64,000 bases of DNA from Eledone cirrhosa (taxonomy: Eukaryota), in assembly GCA_964016885.1 (NCBI GenBank), contig OZ024745.1, positions 107,136,001 through 107,200,000 on the forward strand, given 5' to 3'. Positions 27,500 through 41,800 of the stretch are shown here, one piece after another. Every line of letters begins with the position of its first letter. The first letter of the stretch is position 1. A program made the position numbers and the translations under genes. A model generated the notes under the pieces. That model saw nothing but the letters and a program-made list of their open reading frames with translations, was not told the origin of the DNA and ran no database searches.

Positions 27500-27764
27500 T
27501 GATGATGGCTGCTCCTTCTTTATCGAGTATAGCCATTGCACGATATAACATTATTAATAATTATCAATTAATGCTATCGTGCAATGCTTGTGCCTGAAGA
27601 TTATTTTTAAAGCGAGGAAAGACTGTGCACTGAGCCAATCTCACTCTCTGAGCGACACTAGCTATAACTCGAGAAGAAGAAAAGATCAACATCATCAGTA
27701 ACTACTGAGCCGCAGGTTTTATGTCGGAGTTATCCCAAGTTCCTGAGTTGCCTTCTAGAATAAT

Positions 27765-27767
<3 letters not shown>
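27500..27767 (-). mobile_element. ~200-270-bp non-autonomous element (copy 2)
   Basis: Reverse complement of 19077-19277, with extra 5' sequence. Confidence 0.7.
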
Positions 27768-27796
<29 letters not shown>

Positions 27797-27831
27797 CATA
27801 CATACATACATACATACATACATACATACAT

Positions 27832-28410
27832 GGTGGCTGCCAACTCGTTTTCGAGTACGGCCACTACTTTATATCCATGTAGGAGAACCCCTACTGATGC
27901 GCTGAACAAGTGTGACTTTTTATTCCAGCCAGCGACTTGAAAACTCTGGTACAAAGACTACACCTGTGACAATTATTGACACATAGTGCTGGGCCCATGG
28001 TACCATGTGACGACAAGTGCAGAGGGATCTCCAGATATAAAGCAATGCCTGTGCCGTGAAGCTTTTATAGTGAGCAAAGGCACTGCACAAAGCCAGTCCC
28101 ACTCTCTTAACCAAGATGATATTTACCAAAAAGAAGAACAAGTCAACCACATTGGATACCATCAGGGTTGCAGGTGTTATATCAGAGTTTTCCTTCTCCT
28201 AGAATTCTGCCTTGACAAAGGCTAAGGGGTCATCTCTCCCGGTGATTTTGGATGGCCATTGACTCTTAAGAGCTCCTTTGCCCTTTGACAGGTTTTGTTT
28301 TTAGTCCCGCAGGATGTCCAAAGTCACCCTCCTCACCAAGAAACCTTAGGGGGGTTGCCAGTTTAGTCGCCAACGACCCGACCATGAGACAGCTTGTACT
28401 GGGATACATA
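27832..28410 (-). mobile_element. 580-bp non-autonomous retroelement, full copy
   Basis: Reverse complement of 18473-19052; flanked by (TACA)n on both sides. Confidence 0.85.
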
Positions 28411-28705
28411 ATACATACATACATACATACATACATACATACATACATACATACATACATACATACATACATACATACATACATACATACATACACTATG
28501 TATGTACATACATACATATTATATAGATGTAACATCTACAGAACTAGAAATGTTTCATTCGATTTGAAATCCTCAGGAATATCAGTTAATTATGTCAAAT
28601 CTAATCAATTCTACATGAAAAACAAAATATTCTTATGTACTGGGTACCTTATTTACCTCTAGTTCTTCTTCCTTTCACCTCTGGAACGGCATACTCTCTC
28701 CCACC

Positions 28706-28776
<71 letters not shown>

Positions 28777-28783
28777 TTATATA

Positions 28784-29193
28784 TATACAAGTTAATATAA
28801 ATTAATACATGATAAACACGTAAGTGTTTGCATTGTAAAATACGAAGTTAGCTAGAATGAAATAAACTAATTCAAATAAATATAGTTTGCCTGTATCGAT
28901 TTAAAATAATAAATCAATAGACACAAACTCATATTGGCAAATATGTTTGGCAAACTTGTTTGGATTTTGAAGTTCAGATTGATCTGCGGAAAAGGTTTGG
29001 ATTTTGAAATTTAAATTTGTCCAGGTACCACGGCTATTTGCCAATATGAGTTTGTGTCTATTGATTTATTATTTTAAATTGATACAGGCAAACTATATTT
29101 ATTTGAATTAGTTTATTTCATTCTAGCTAACTTGGTCTTTTACAATGCAAACACTTAGGTGTTTATCATATATTAATTTATATTAACTTGTAT
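28784..29193. repeat. TA-flanked ~160-bp inverted repeat (fold-back element)
   Basis: 28784-28943 is the near-perfect reverse complement of 29035-29193. Confidence 0.85.
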
Positions 29194-29273
29194 TTCACGG
29201 CTCAGAAATGCTTCTTTCTTTGAGCTAATTAATTGTAAATGACTGTTTGAGTTTAAAACTCTAAACATAATAT

Positions 29274-29375
<102 letters not shown>

Positions 29376-29568
29376 TATATATAGATAATTTAATATATCT
29401 ACTAACATAAGCGCACAGATGTACGCTAATGCCAGCAAATACACAGGTTATGTCATAGTACCTAGGTGGTTCAATGCAGGAGGATGCAGAACAATAATAT
29501 AAAAGACGCAAAATAAGAAAATTTAAAAAAAAATTTTTTTTTTTAAAAATTAACTTACTTAAATTTTC

Positions 29569-29650
29569 ACTCCAACTAATTAGTTTCTGCAATGGGATAA
29601 AGACAGTTACGTAATCCAACTGTCGAGAATTCATTGCGTCATCAGGGAGT
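29569..29650 (-). ncRNA. Type I hammerhead ribozyme (array unit 1)
   Basis: actcc-CTGATGA-cgcaatg...cattgca-GAAAC-taatta-GTT-ggagt. Confidence 0.75.
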
Positions 29651-30122
29651 CTATTATCAGCTAAGTATCCAGGCAATGCGCGGACACCGGGGACTCATAT
29701 AAAAATAATAATAATTCGGTAGATGGAACAGCTAGCGGGGACTGAATTCCATGCACTGAAATCCTCGCTGCCTCTAGTCAAATGGCCGATTCTAAAGAAT
29801 CAATCACGTGACACAGAGGCTAGTCAGTAGGAATGGGATGATAAGATGACAGACGCCTACTAACACCTCCCAAAAAAATTTTTAGAAGTGGTTTTGGCAG
29901 GTTTGCTCGACAAATCAGTGATTTGGAGATAAATATAGATAATTTAATATATCTACTAACATAAGCGCACAGATGTACGCTAATGCCAGCAAATACACAG
30001 GTTATGTCATAGTACCTAGGTGGTTCAATGCAGGAGGATGCAGAACAATAATATAAAAGACGTAAAATAAGAAAATAAAAAAAAAAATAAAAAAAAAAAT
30101 TAACTTACTTACTTAAATTTTC

Positions 30123-30204
30123 ACTCCAACTAATTAGTTTCTGCAATGGGATAAAGACAGTTACGTAATCCAACTGTCGAGAATTCATTGCGTCATCAGG
30201 GAGT
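30123..30204 (-). ncRNA. Type I hammerhead ribozyme (array unit 2)
   Basis: Same motif as unit 1. Confidence 0.75.
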
Positions 30205-30681
30205 CTATTACCAGCTAAGTCTCCAGGCAATGCGCGGACACCGGGGACTCATATAAAAATAATAATAATTCGGTAGATGGAACAGCTAGCAGGGACTGAA
30301 TTCCATGCACTGAAATCCTCGCTGCCTTTAGTCAAATGGCCGATTCTAAGGAATCAATCACGTGACGCAGAGGCTAGTCAGTAGGAATGGGATGGTAAGA
30401 TGACAGACGCCTACTAACACCCCCCAAAAAAAATTTTTAGAAGTGGTTTTGGCAGGTTTGCTCGACAAATCAGTGATTTGGAGATAAATATAGATAATTT
30501 AATATATCTACTAACATAAGCGCACAGATGTACGCTAATGACAGCAAATACACAGGTTATGCCATAGTACCTAGGTGGTTCAATGCAGGAGGATGCAGAA
30601 CAATAATATAAAAGACGTAAAATAAGAAAATTAAAAAAAAAAAATTTTTTTTTTTAAATTAACTTACTTACTTAAATTTTC

Positions 30682-30763
30682 ACTCCAACTAATTAGTTTC
30701 TGCAATGGGATAAAGACAGTTACGTAATCCAACTGTCGAGAATTCATTGCGTCATCAGGGAGT
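30682..30763 (-). ncRNA. Type I hammerhead ribozyme (array unit 3)
   Basis: Same motif as unit 1. Confidence 0.75.
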
Positions 30764-30835
30764 CTATTCTCAGCTAAGTCTCCAGGCAATGCGCGGACAC
30801 CGGGGACTCATATAAAAATAATAATAATTCGGTAG

Positions 30836-30917
30836 ACTCCCTGATGACGCAATGAATTCTCGACAGTTGGATTACGTAACTGTCTTTATCCCATTGCAGA
30901 AACTAATTAGTTGGAGT
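30836..30917 (+). ncRNA. Type I hammerhead ribozyme (inverted terminal copy)
   Basis: actcc CTGATGA cgcaatg [gacagtt..aactgtc hairpin] cattgca GAAAC taatta GTT ggagt. Confidence 0.75.
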
Positions 30918-30980
30918 GAAAATTTAAGTAAGTTAATTTATTTTTTAAATTTAAAAAAAAAAAAATGTTCTTATTTTACG

Positions 30981-31126
<146 letters not shown>

Positions 31127-34100
31127 TGTATCTATGTATGTATGTACGTTCATAAATATACGGACAAATATATTTTTGTTTATGCCTTCATCGTACACTG
31201 AAAACTTAGTGGAAAATGAGTAACATACAGTGGGCAATACATTCTGGGGGAAATGTAACAAACGTTTATTTCACACAGCAAACCTTTCACTTTCATCAAT
31301 AATGCCTTTAAGACATATATGAATGGCATATCGTTACAATTACTTCATTTTCATATACAAAATGAGTCGTATCAAATCATCAATTACATTAGGATTGTGA
31401 GTCATAACTTCAATAAACCTTTTAAGAATAACGACAAAACATCTTGCTTAAGATTTATCCCACAATAGCTTCTAACTCAATTATTTATATTGATAAATAT
31501 ATTGCACAATCCCTTTTAAAGTTTTGGTAAGTTTGAAAAGAATTAAAAGAGATATAACAATAATACCTGACAAAGATAAGTTAGAGAGTTTCAGAGAGGA
31601 TAATTAATTAGCTCATAGGTGTTTTGTGTAAGACTTACTGTTGGGTGGCGAACGAATAAAAATAATTGAAATTAAGTAAGGATATATACATGGATTATGA
31701 CTAGCCACGGTTTCATCTATCGACCTTTTAATATCTTGATATAGACCCCATGTAAATAGATTGTTTATATAATCCATGTGGATGGATATCAATAGGAAAT
31801 AATGTGCAAGGAGTGGTCTAATGGAAGGTAGAACTCATGGTATTTAATAATTTACTTGATGGAACAGCTCGGGAATTAGAATAAAAGACAAACAGTGAAA
31901 GCGAATTATCATAAAATAAGGAACAAGCATTCAATAATGTAAAAGAAATGAAATTATAAAATGGATGTCTAAAATTGCATTGAGATAAATGAATTACAGA
32001 ATAATACATTGTATCAAAACTATACATTATACCATATAATATATTATACTAATATAATATATATCATTGTGTTTAACAGATAACCTCTGGAAAGATGTAA
32101 ACTGTTTGTCACTTAATAGGCTCCCAGCGTATATATGATGTTTATTTATTCATTCATTTATATATTTTTATTTATTTCATCTATTTATTTAAAAACATTT
32201 TTTTTCTTTTTTTTGTAAAACAAGGATCTACAGTTTAGCGTATAGTGAGGAATTTAAATTGGGAGACGTTAATTTTGCATTTGAACATTGGAAATTTCCA
32301 AAATTGAGTAATGGGTTCAAATCCTGATCTACCGGGGTTTTTTTTTAATTTAGATTTTAGTCGGATAAATTATATTGCAGTTTCTTCATCATTTTGAGCT
32401 CATAGATGGTGTTATAAATTTGAATGTTACAGTTTTGAATAAAATATACTAAAAATATAAAATAAAAATGATATTCAATTTAAAATTGGCATGGTTAATA
32501 TATTTGGGTTGTCGCAAGTGTACTCTAATATCGGTTATAGAACAAGTGTTTGGTGTGTGTTTATCCTACTTGAATATTCTTACCTTGAACTTGACGAAAC
32601 CTGTTATTTCTGGATCCTGTCAAAATGAACAATAAAAATATATTATATTGATAATAGTAGATGCAGGATCATCAACACGCCAGCCTCTCTGTTGTCGTTA
32701 GATCTGCAAGACACTGCAGCCAAATTTCCTTCGGCGTACTTCCCATCTTCTTAGAGAAGACGACATTGGATAAAGCGGTGGTGGCTTCCCAATGCATATG
32801 AAGGGAACGGTGTGGTCATACTCATATTCATGTGATTGTCGGTCTGTTCGATTATGGCTAACCAATGTTTAAATAACAACAAAAACAATAAAGATCCAGA
32901 AATAGAAGTCTAATTTTCCTCAAATCATGCTTTCTTATCTTATGAAAAGAAAGATACACTGAATTGTGTAGTGTCAGATATCTAAAAAGACAGTATGATA
33001 TCGGATGTCACATTTTCTTGTATAGATTTCTTTATTGACGACTGACCTGAGGTTAAACTACACCAGCAGCAAAAAGGAGAGCCGCAACGGGTGAAACAAG
33101 ATCGGCGATGACAAAAAGAACACTATTAACGACCTCTTATGTTAGCTCAAATCCCAGAAAGATGTATACACCATTTAATTGGCTGAAGTATATGACTGTT
33201 GTGGGAATTATTTTATCAACGCCAGAGGATGAACGACACCCCAACAAAAACTATCTATCTTCTACCCCATCACCAACAATACTACTATAATGTTGCTAAC
33301 AGCAACTTCAAAAGCAAAAATAAAGCAACATTGTCGTGGCAACATTACTTAATGCAAACAAAAAGAATGTAGCGATATTCAAGCTCAAAGGGAAAAAAAA
33401 ACGTAAGAAATTCACACATACACGCATAGTAATAGACTGACATTTTATCGTTTTTCATCTGCGATTCCATCACAGCAGCAACAATTATTATTTCTAATAT
33501 CTACACAAGGACAGAAATATTTGTGGTGACAGGAACAGGCGATAATATCAACCACATAATTTGATTCTAACTTTTAATTTTACCGACTCCCGGAAAATAA
33601 AAAACAAATTTGAGTTCAGCAGGAACCTTGAGCATAAAGAGGAGCAAATACATATCTCTGGGCACGTTTTCTGATGCTCAAATTATTCTACAAACCCCCA
33701 GCCCTTTCTAAGTTCTAACAAGCTTAAGACTACAAATCTTAAAATCTTCATACATTAGAAACATTGCCTGGAAATTATCACATACGATGCTTTTGTTCAA
33801 GTCGTTCGTCAGGAACTCACAGGACTGATAATTTTCCCACTAGACATCTGCCATATCAGATCTGACATGTATATGTAAATTCTCAGTATTCAGAATATGA
33901 TACGGTAGTGCTGCTATTTATGACTGAGGGAGAGGTTTCCCTGGTTCCTTGGTTGGAACTGAGGATGAGATGATTTCTTTCGACTCCTTCGGGGATGCTT
34001 CTGATGATGCAGATTTTGCTGCGTTTCTAGTTTTGCCGTCCTTCTAAAATGACCTTTCCATACATATGTATAGGAAGAGGCAGTTGAGGACATAATACTT

Positions 34101-34212
34101 ATTTCCAACAGTCTATTTGAACTCATAAGTAAAAGGCATGCAACAATATCATAGAAGCCCTTTACTCGCCACTCTATAGATTCATCACCAACATTGTCAA
34201 GTACATAATAAT

Positions 34213-34408
34213 AATTGTTTCTACTTTTGGCACAAGGCCAGCAATTACGCAGTACATTACTGGTACTTTATTTTATCGACCCCGTAAGGATGAAAGGCAA
34301 AGTTAACCTCGGCGGGATTTCAACTCAAACTGTAAACTGCCGTAACTCTATCCTGCAAAGCATGGCATCCGACTATGTACCGATACTGCCAATCCACCGC
34401 CCAAGTAC

Positions 34409-34454
<46 letters not shown>

Positions 34455-34660
34455 TAACAACAATAATTGTTTCTACTTTAGGCACAAGGCCAGCAATTAC
34501 CCAGTTCATTACTGGTACTTTATTTTATCGACCCCGTAAGGATGAAAGGCAAAGTTAACCTCGGCGGGATTTCAACTCAAACTGTAAACTGCCGTAACTC
34601 TATCCTGCAAAGCATGGCATCCGACTATGTACCGATACTGCCAATCCACCGCCCAAGTAC

Positions 34661-34706
<46 letters not shown>

Positions 34707-34897
34707 TAACAACAATAATTGTTTCTACTTTAGGCACAAGGCCAGCAATTACCCAGTTCATTACTGGTACTTTATTTTATCGACCCCGTAAGGATGAAAG
34801 GCAAAGTTAACCTCGGCGGGATTTGAACTCAGATCGTAAAGGGACGTAACTATGCTGGAAAGCATGGCGTCCGACCCTCTACCGATACTGCCAATCC
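34213..34897 (-). mobile_element. Three tandem tRNA-SINE copies; the first two form a near-identical ~251-bp duplication
   Basis: SINE consensus separated by (AAT)n(AAC)n; caagtacata flanks. Confidence 0.9.
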
Positions 34898-35429
34898 AAC
34901 AATAACAACAATAATAATCCATATATATGCTGTTCCCAATAGCAACCTGCAAGAAAGCATTGATGAAATGGTGGTTCAAAATCAAATGTATCCTGTGTGT
35001 TTAGTACAAGAAAACGATTAATCAAGTTATGTCAGGCTACCCCGTCTTCACAAAGTCAGAATATATTTAACTGGAGGAACATGCTGGTAGCTATATCCAT
35101 TGAATAAAGTGACAAAATAATGCATCAAAACATTGCATAATAGAAATCTGGCGACAATAATATGGGATGTGCTTGCTCAGACTGACAAGAACGAATGTAT
35201 CTGTATTATAAAATGTAATTGTACCCTTCTTCAACACACCAATTTTTGTGCATATCTATTATATATCTCAGGTGATTCTCTATCCCTAGACCAAGAAAAC
35301 TCTGGAAAATGTTATAATTTGCTGGAAAGGTCTAATAAGAACAAAATGTATCCGATTAAATTACTTTTAGTCATTAAACTAGTATTTTCAGCTCCTCACT
35401 GCAAGCATTATTTAAAGATTTATTATAAA

Positions 35430-35620
35430 GCGGTGGTGGATTGGCAGTATCGGTAGAGAGTCGGACGCCATGTTTTCCAGCATAGTTACGTCCCTTTACG
35501 GTCTGAGTTTAAATCCCACCGAGGTTTACTTTGCCTTTCATCCTTACGGGGTCGATAAAATAAAGTACCAGTAATGCACTGGGTAATTGCTGGCCTTGTG
35601 CCTAAAGTAGAAACAATTAT
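35430..35620 (+). mobile_element. Full-length tRNA-SINE with 18-bp TSD
   Basis: A box tggcagtatcgg, B-box-like gtttaaatcc; attatttaaagatttatt at 35407-35424 and 35616-35633. Confidence 0.9.
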
Positions 35621-37021
35621 TTAAAGATTTATTGAGTAAAATTTAATCAGATTTCATTCGCACAAGTCATTAAGCTTATGTTAACCCTCTTCACTGTAAA
35701 TGTAGTTTTAATTAATTGAAATATATTTGGTTCGCTACATTCAGTATGTTAGTACTTTATTCAACTATTGTGTTTTATGCAGATGGTCTCCACAGATAAT
35801 TTCACTGAGCCATTACGTCAAGCTGTTATGATAGCTACTAGTGTACATTTCTTGTACATTTATATAAGAATTGTCTATCACTAGAACTGAATAGTAATGG
35901 GAAATGCTATACTTCTTTGAAGTTCACTAAATATGTTAAATATGTTAGGACTCATCTATAAAACGTAAAGACAAAAATATAGGAGGCAGAGATTGTAGAA
36001 ACCTTACTGATAAATGGAAATGTGCTCCATAAAATTCTGGAAATTTGTATACTATACAAAACTATCAGGTTTAAAATTTTGCTGAAGAATATATATGCAT
36101 ACATAAGTTGCGAGTGTTTATATTTTATACGCCAAAACTCTGTGCTGGTGAGTCATTTACCAAAATCACGCAGCTGTTTTATTCTAATATAGGTTACACA
36201 TGTGCGTATATAAAAGAAAGCACATATATATATATAGAAAGATGCATAGGTATATTTCTATAAACAAACATGCAGTTATATATAAAAAAATGTCTACGCA
36301 TGAATGTATACATATTTATGAGTGCTAACATATATATATTTAGTGAGTGTGAAAGAGATATATTTAGACATATAGGTAAATAGATAGATACCTACCTAAA
36401 GAAATTACTCGAAAAGCATTCCGGCTACTATGTTTTGCTAGATCAATTCATCACTTGATTTATTTGTTTCTTTAAACCATTCATTATTATATTCATTTTT
36501 TGTTGTTATTGTATCTTTCATTCAAACCTGCTTTTTAAAAAAGATGTTTCTTCTTCACTTTAAGCGCAGCCATATTTACACCGGAATGCCGCCATTTTAT
36601 CAGCCAGCTCAAACTTTATCGTTGTCGTCTGCTTCACTTGCTAATCTTTTCCTAATGGAAATGTCTTTATGAAACGTCAAACCGCTTTCAAAATCTCGAC
36701 AATACACAACCCCCAATCTCAGTTCATATCAGCTAATCTATAACTCACGACTGTCATCTCCTCACTAAAGCTATTGCAACTATTTAATTCTTCAGTGAGA
36801 CAAGAATTGTCTTGCCTTCTCTTCATTAAACCCTACTCTTCTTTCTTTATTTTTCTTCCTGTTTTACTACTTCATTGGTTTTCTTTTCTATACATTATTT
36901 CTTCTAGTACACTGCTTCTTATAGTACACATCTCTCACATTCCCCACTCGGTGTCGTAGATTTCGTTCCTTGTTATATTGATCCATATGAATCATCCACC
37001 TTACAAATCTTCTTCCCCTCT

Positions 37022-37080
<59 letters not shown>

Positions 37081-37429
37081 ACTTTTAATTTTTATATTTA
37101 TCGCTAAGATATGAAATACTATAGAACTACATATTTGCTCCAGTAGTAGCACCAGCCGTAACATTGGTTTCAGCTCCGTGGATAGCCGACAAATCCTCTT
37201 CCGGTGCCTGAAGTCAATGATTCCAAGGTGCTTTTTCTCATTTCAGAACCAGTCAGCGAGACTAACTCGTGTGTGCCTACGAAGGTAGAAAATACTAAAT
37301 TTTCTCTACATAACAGTACTACTTAATCCATGAAGGAGGATGAAGGCCAAGCGGAGCCTGTATGGGACTGGCAGATTGTTAAAACAGATTGTTGTAAAGG
37401 AGCTGAAAAACATGTTGTCAGAATTGCTG

Positions 37430-37660
37430 GACAGATTTTATAAGCAAAACAAACCGGCAAGTTACCCAAGGGTAGAGCGCGAGAAAGATGGTTGGATAAC
37501 ATCCTTGAGCTTGGCTGGTCAGGCTTGGGGATCGATCCGGATCAGTTTGAGACGGTTGCTTCTGACAAGAGTCGCTGGAAGGAGTATTTGAGAACACGAC
37601 CCTCTCAGAAATAAGTGGGCGGCGAAGAAGAAGAAGAAGAAGAAGAAGAAGAAGAAGAAG
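37430..37660 (+). mobile_element. RTE LINE extreme 3' end with (GAA)n tail
   Basis: Aligns with 950-1155. Confidence 0.8.
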
Positions 37661-38059
37661 AGCAACAACAACAACAACAACTACCCCCCCCCCCCCCAGT
37701 CAGAAAGTTCCCGAGAAACAAGGGAATAGTCAGGAGTTAGTTAAGTACATGTATGTCAGTTCCAACAAAAATAGTCTGCGCAATCTTCTATATGGTTTGG
37801 ACTTGACAAACCCAACAAATAAGTAGATGTATCATGAGATTACGACTCTTTAGAGAGAAAATCTAGAAAAAAGACGTAAAAGTGTATGATAGTATCAAGT
37901 ATTTTTGTCCTAAATAAGTCGGTTTTATCATCGATGATCCACCCGAAAAAAATGTTTATGATTGACTCGACCCAAGCTAATCACAGCTGAAATGCCTTTC
38001 ATAATAGCCATGCTTTTTCAGAGCTACCGTCGGGTTAAATAATGATTTCTAGGGGTGGG

Positions 38060-38224
38060 GAAAGTCGATTAAATCAACACCAGTACGTTACTGATGCTTT
38101 ATTTCATCGACCCCGTAAGGATGAAAGGCAAAGTTGACCTCAGCGGGATTTGAACTCCGACCGTAAAGGACCGTAACTTTATGCTGCAAAGCATGGTGTC
38201 CGACTCTCTACCGATACTGCCAAC
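38060..38224 (-). mobile_element. tRNA-SINE (variant)
   Basis: SINE consensus head and core. Confidence 0.8.
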
Positions 38225-38329
38225 AACTTCAACTATTATTTAACTGCTATATGATAAGGTCGGAAATCATCGTTGGTGTTTCACTACTATTTAATAGGAA
38301 AAAGGTAAAAGGTATACCAAATGGTATAA

Positions 38330-39003
38330 TCTGGGTATAATCTGGGATATACTGGGATATATTTCGATATATTGGGATATACTTGGATATACTGGGATAT
38401 ACTGGGATATACTGGGATATACTGGGATATACTGGGATATACTGCGATATACTGGGATATACTGGGATATACTGCGATATACTGGGATATACTGCGATAT
38501 ACTGGTATATATTGGGATATACTGCGATATACTGGGATATACTGCGATATACTGCGATATACTGCGATATACTGGGATATACTGGGATATACTGGGATAT
38601 ACTGTGATATACTGCGATATACTGCGATATACTGCGATATACTGCGATATACTGGGATATACTGCGATATACTGGGATATACTGCGATATACTGCGATAT
38701 ACTGCGATATACTGCGATATACTGCGATATACTGGGATATACTGCGATATACTGCGATATACTGCTATATACTGCGATATACTGCGATATACTGGGATAT
38801 ACTGCGATATACTGGGATATACTGCGATATACTGGGATATACTGGGATATACTGCTATATACTGCGATATACTGCGATATACTGGGATATACTGCGATAT
38901 ACTGGGATATACTGCGATATACTGCGATATACTGGGATATACTCGGATATACTGGGATATACTGCGATATACTGGTATATACTTGGATATACTGGGATAT
39001 ACT
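38330..39003. repeat. 10-bp minisatellite (ATACTG[G/C]GAT)n, about 66 units
   Basis: Directly visible; one predominantly bi-allelic position. Confidence 0.95.
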
Positions 39004-39523
39004 CTGCCTGAGAAAAGGACGAGATGATCATAAATGAAATGATTCTTTCGCGAAATTCTGAGATAAACAACAATTATAGCGAAGAGTTTTTAGGTTAAAA
39101 AAACAATTTTTGAAAAAAAATTGTTACCAAAAGTATTCCAAGTGAGAGGAGTCACTCGTCTCACTCGACTAACTATCATATTTATTTATTTTTATTTTTA
39201 TTTGTATTTCTTGAAGATCTAAGAGAGGACCCTAAAAATATGCTACTAAAGTTCTTCACACTTGCCGTCTTTTATAAGCCACCAACCCTTATTTCTTCCA
39301 CTCCATCCTTCTCTCCCTCTCTCTCTATCTCTCTCTCTCTCTCTCCCTCATTCTCTCTCTCTCAATCTCTTCCTCTCTATCGCTCTCTCTCTATCTATCT
39401 ATCTATATTTCTATCTATCTATCTCTCTTTTTTTCTCTCTCTCACTCACACACGCGCGCACACACATACACACACATACACACACACACACACGTACACG
39501 CGCACACATACACACGCACACAC

Positions 39524-39559
<36 letters not shown>

Positions 39560-40593
39560 TTACACGCAAACAGACATTTAGGTCTGGGAGACCTGCACTA
39601 AAAGAAACAGTCGTGTTGTGCACGTCTTTACCAATGAACTTAGCAGATGCTGCAAAAGCAGATGGAGAAATCTGTCTCTTGATGCTGCCGCAAAAATGTT
39701 GTTCTTGTTCCTTTACTGTTATTATTGCCATCGTTTTTTTTTTATTGTTTTGTTGTGGGAGGGGCAGAGTGATGGTGGTAGTGATGATAATGCTGTTGCT
39801 GTTAGTTTTGCGATTCTTAGGGACGCTTTTGTTGTTTTCGTGGCAGCGAACATTATAGATAGTACTAGTATTATATAAAGTTGTCTCTTACTATGCTACC
39901 CCACAGAAATCGACTAAGCCTTCTACCCTATGGGACCTGTGTAGGTACTGGTGTCGATTAAATGTAAAACATCTCTTGTCTCTAAATGTATGGCTTTGTG
40001 CCTATCTATATATAAATGTCTGTGATTCTGTCCCAACACGTAAAGAGAGAGGAGTAGATTGACTACCTCATACTTCTCCCCTCTCTTTACGTCTGCTGTC
40101 TGCGTGAATGTATGTGTGTGTAAAAGGAAGGCAGGGGGTGGTGAAAAAAATCTATAGCAAAATACCGGCTGGCGTTTCATTTGTGTTATGTGTGTATGTG
40201 TTTGTGTGAATGTATGTGTGTGTTTATGTGAATGTATGTGTGAGTTTGTGTCAATGAATGTGTGTGTTTGTGGGAATGTATATTTTTGTAAGCTTGTCTG
40301 TGTTTGCACGTTTATATTTACATACTCATAAGTATAAAGGTATGCATATGCACATACACACATACGCGGAAGCATATGTGTTTATGTGCATAATATCAGA
40401 ACTTCTAGTATCAGAAAATAACAGTAAATTCAGGTAACCAACTCTAAATTATGAGTTCAAATCCTGTCGACTTTCATTTGCCTCTCATCTTGAATTGACT
40501 ATGGTTCCTATTGAAGTATTAGAATAGATTGAAATATTTACTTTACACTGGCCTCAAAATATATGCCAGCGTTAAAACACTTCATATATAAAA

Positions 40594-40770
40594 TGGCGGT
40601 GTATTGATAGAATCGTTAAAGCGCTCAGATAAATGTTTTCCGGTATTTGTTCATTGCCTTTTATTTTTCGGGCGTCGACAAAATAAAGTACCAGTCATGT
40701 AGTAAGGTTGATTTAATCGACTTGTATCTCGCCGTAAATTGCTGGCCCTGTGTCAGTATTAGAAATAAAT
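40594..40770 (+). mobile_element. Diverged tRNA-SINE with internal deletion
   Basis: ggcggtgtattgatagaatcgtt head, gtcgacaaaataaagtaccag core, tgctggccctgtg tail. Confidence 0.65.
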
Positions 40771-41010
40771 CATTTGTACTTTTTTTTTTCATACAGCGAG
40801 AATTTGAACATACGAATTGTGCCCATAGAGATAAAGTCAGCTGGGAGATAAATTCTATTTTTTTTCTATTTTGTTTACATACAAATATCAAATTACAATT
40901 CAGAACGCCCACAAAAACAACCATATTAAAAGTGAACTTGTTTTGACTGTGATCAAAAAACAAACGTAAAAGAGAATTAGAAATACAAAAAGGAAATATT
41001 TGGCAAGAAA

Positions 41011-41800
41011 ATAATTGTTTCTACTTTTGGCACAAGGCCAGCAATTACCCAGTGTATTACTGGTACTTTATTTTATCGACCCCGTAAGGATGAAAGACAA
41101 AGTTAAGCTTGGCAGGATTTGAACTCAGAATGGCAAGGGCCGTAACTCTATGCGTCAAAAGAAAATAATGAACTAGGAAGATATGTCAATATGTTCTTAC
41201 AATCACTATTAGGTTTTGTCTACATCCCTATTCAGTAAAGCAAATTTTCACAAATTAAGATTTATCGTTTACGACATTTAGTACACCCTCACCCACTTTA
41301 TTACCTAAATTAATTGTTTCTACTTTTGGCACAAGGCCAGCAATTACCCAGTGCATTACTGGTACTTTATTTTATCGACCCCGTAAGGATGAAAGGCAAA
41401 GTTAAGCTTGGCAGGATTTGAACTCAGAATGGCAAGGGCCGTAACTCTATGCGTCAAAAGAAAATAATGAACTAGGAAGATATGTCAATATGTTCTTACA
41501 ATCACTATTAGGTTTTTGTCTACATCCCTATTCAGTAAAGCAAATTTTCATAAATTAAGATTTATCGTTTACGACATTTAGTACACCCTCACCCACTTTA
41601 TTACCTAAATTAATTGTTTCTACTTTTGGCACAAGGCCTGCAATCACCCAGTGCATTACTGGTACTTTATTTTATCGACCCTGTAAGGATGAAAGGCAAA
41701 GTAAACCTCGGCGGGATTTGAACTCAGACCGTAAAGGGACATAACTATGTTGGAAAGCATGGCGTCCGACGCTCTACCGATACTGCCAATTCACCGCCTT
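41011..41800 (-). mobile_element. SINE cluster: two ~300-bp tandem units (partial SINE + unique DNA) followed by a full SINE
   Basis: 41011-41310 is near-identical to 41311-41610; the last SINE is flanked by the TSD tattacctaaattaat. Confidence 0.9.

Noticed and set aside
27590-27630. gtgc-CTGAAGA...GAAA...gcac motif
   Set aside because: No stem II or valid NUH site, and the core is not conserved in the 19077 copy.
29381-30835. Helitron interpretation of the 555-bp array (TCTACTAAC start, CTAGT motifs)
   Set aside because: CTAG sites are internal and lack a clear terminal hairpin; the hammerhead and inverted cap fit a retro-RNA origin better.
38372-39037. 221-aa YTGIYWDILG repeat ORF; superficially CRISPR-like periodicity
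   Set aside because: Pure 10-bp minisatellite with no unique spacers, no cas genes and a eukaryotic context.
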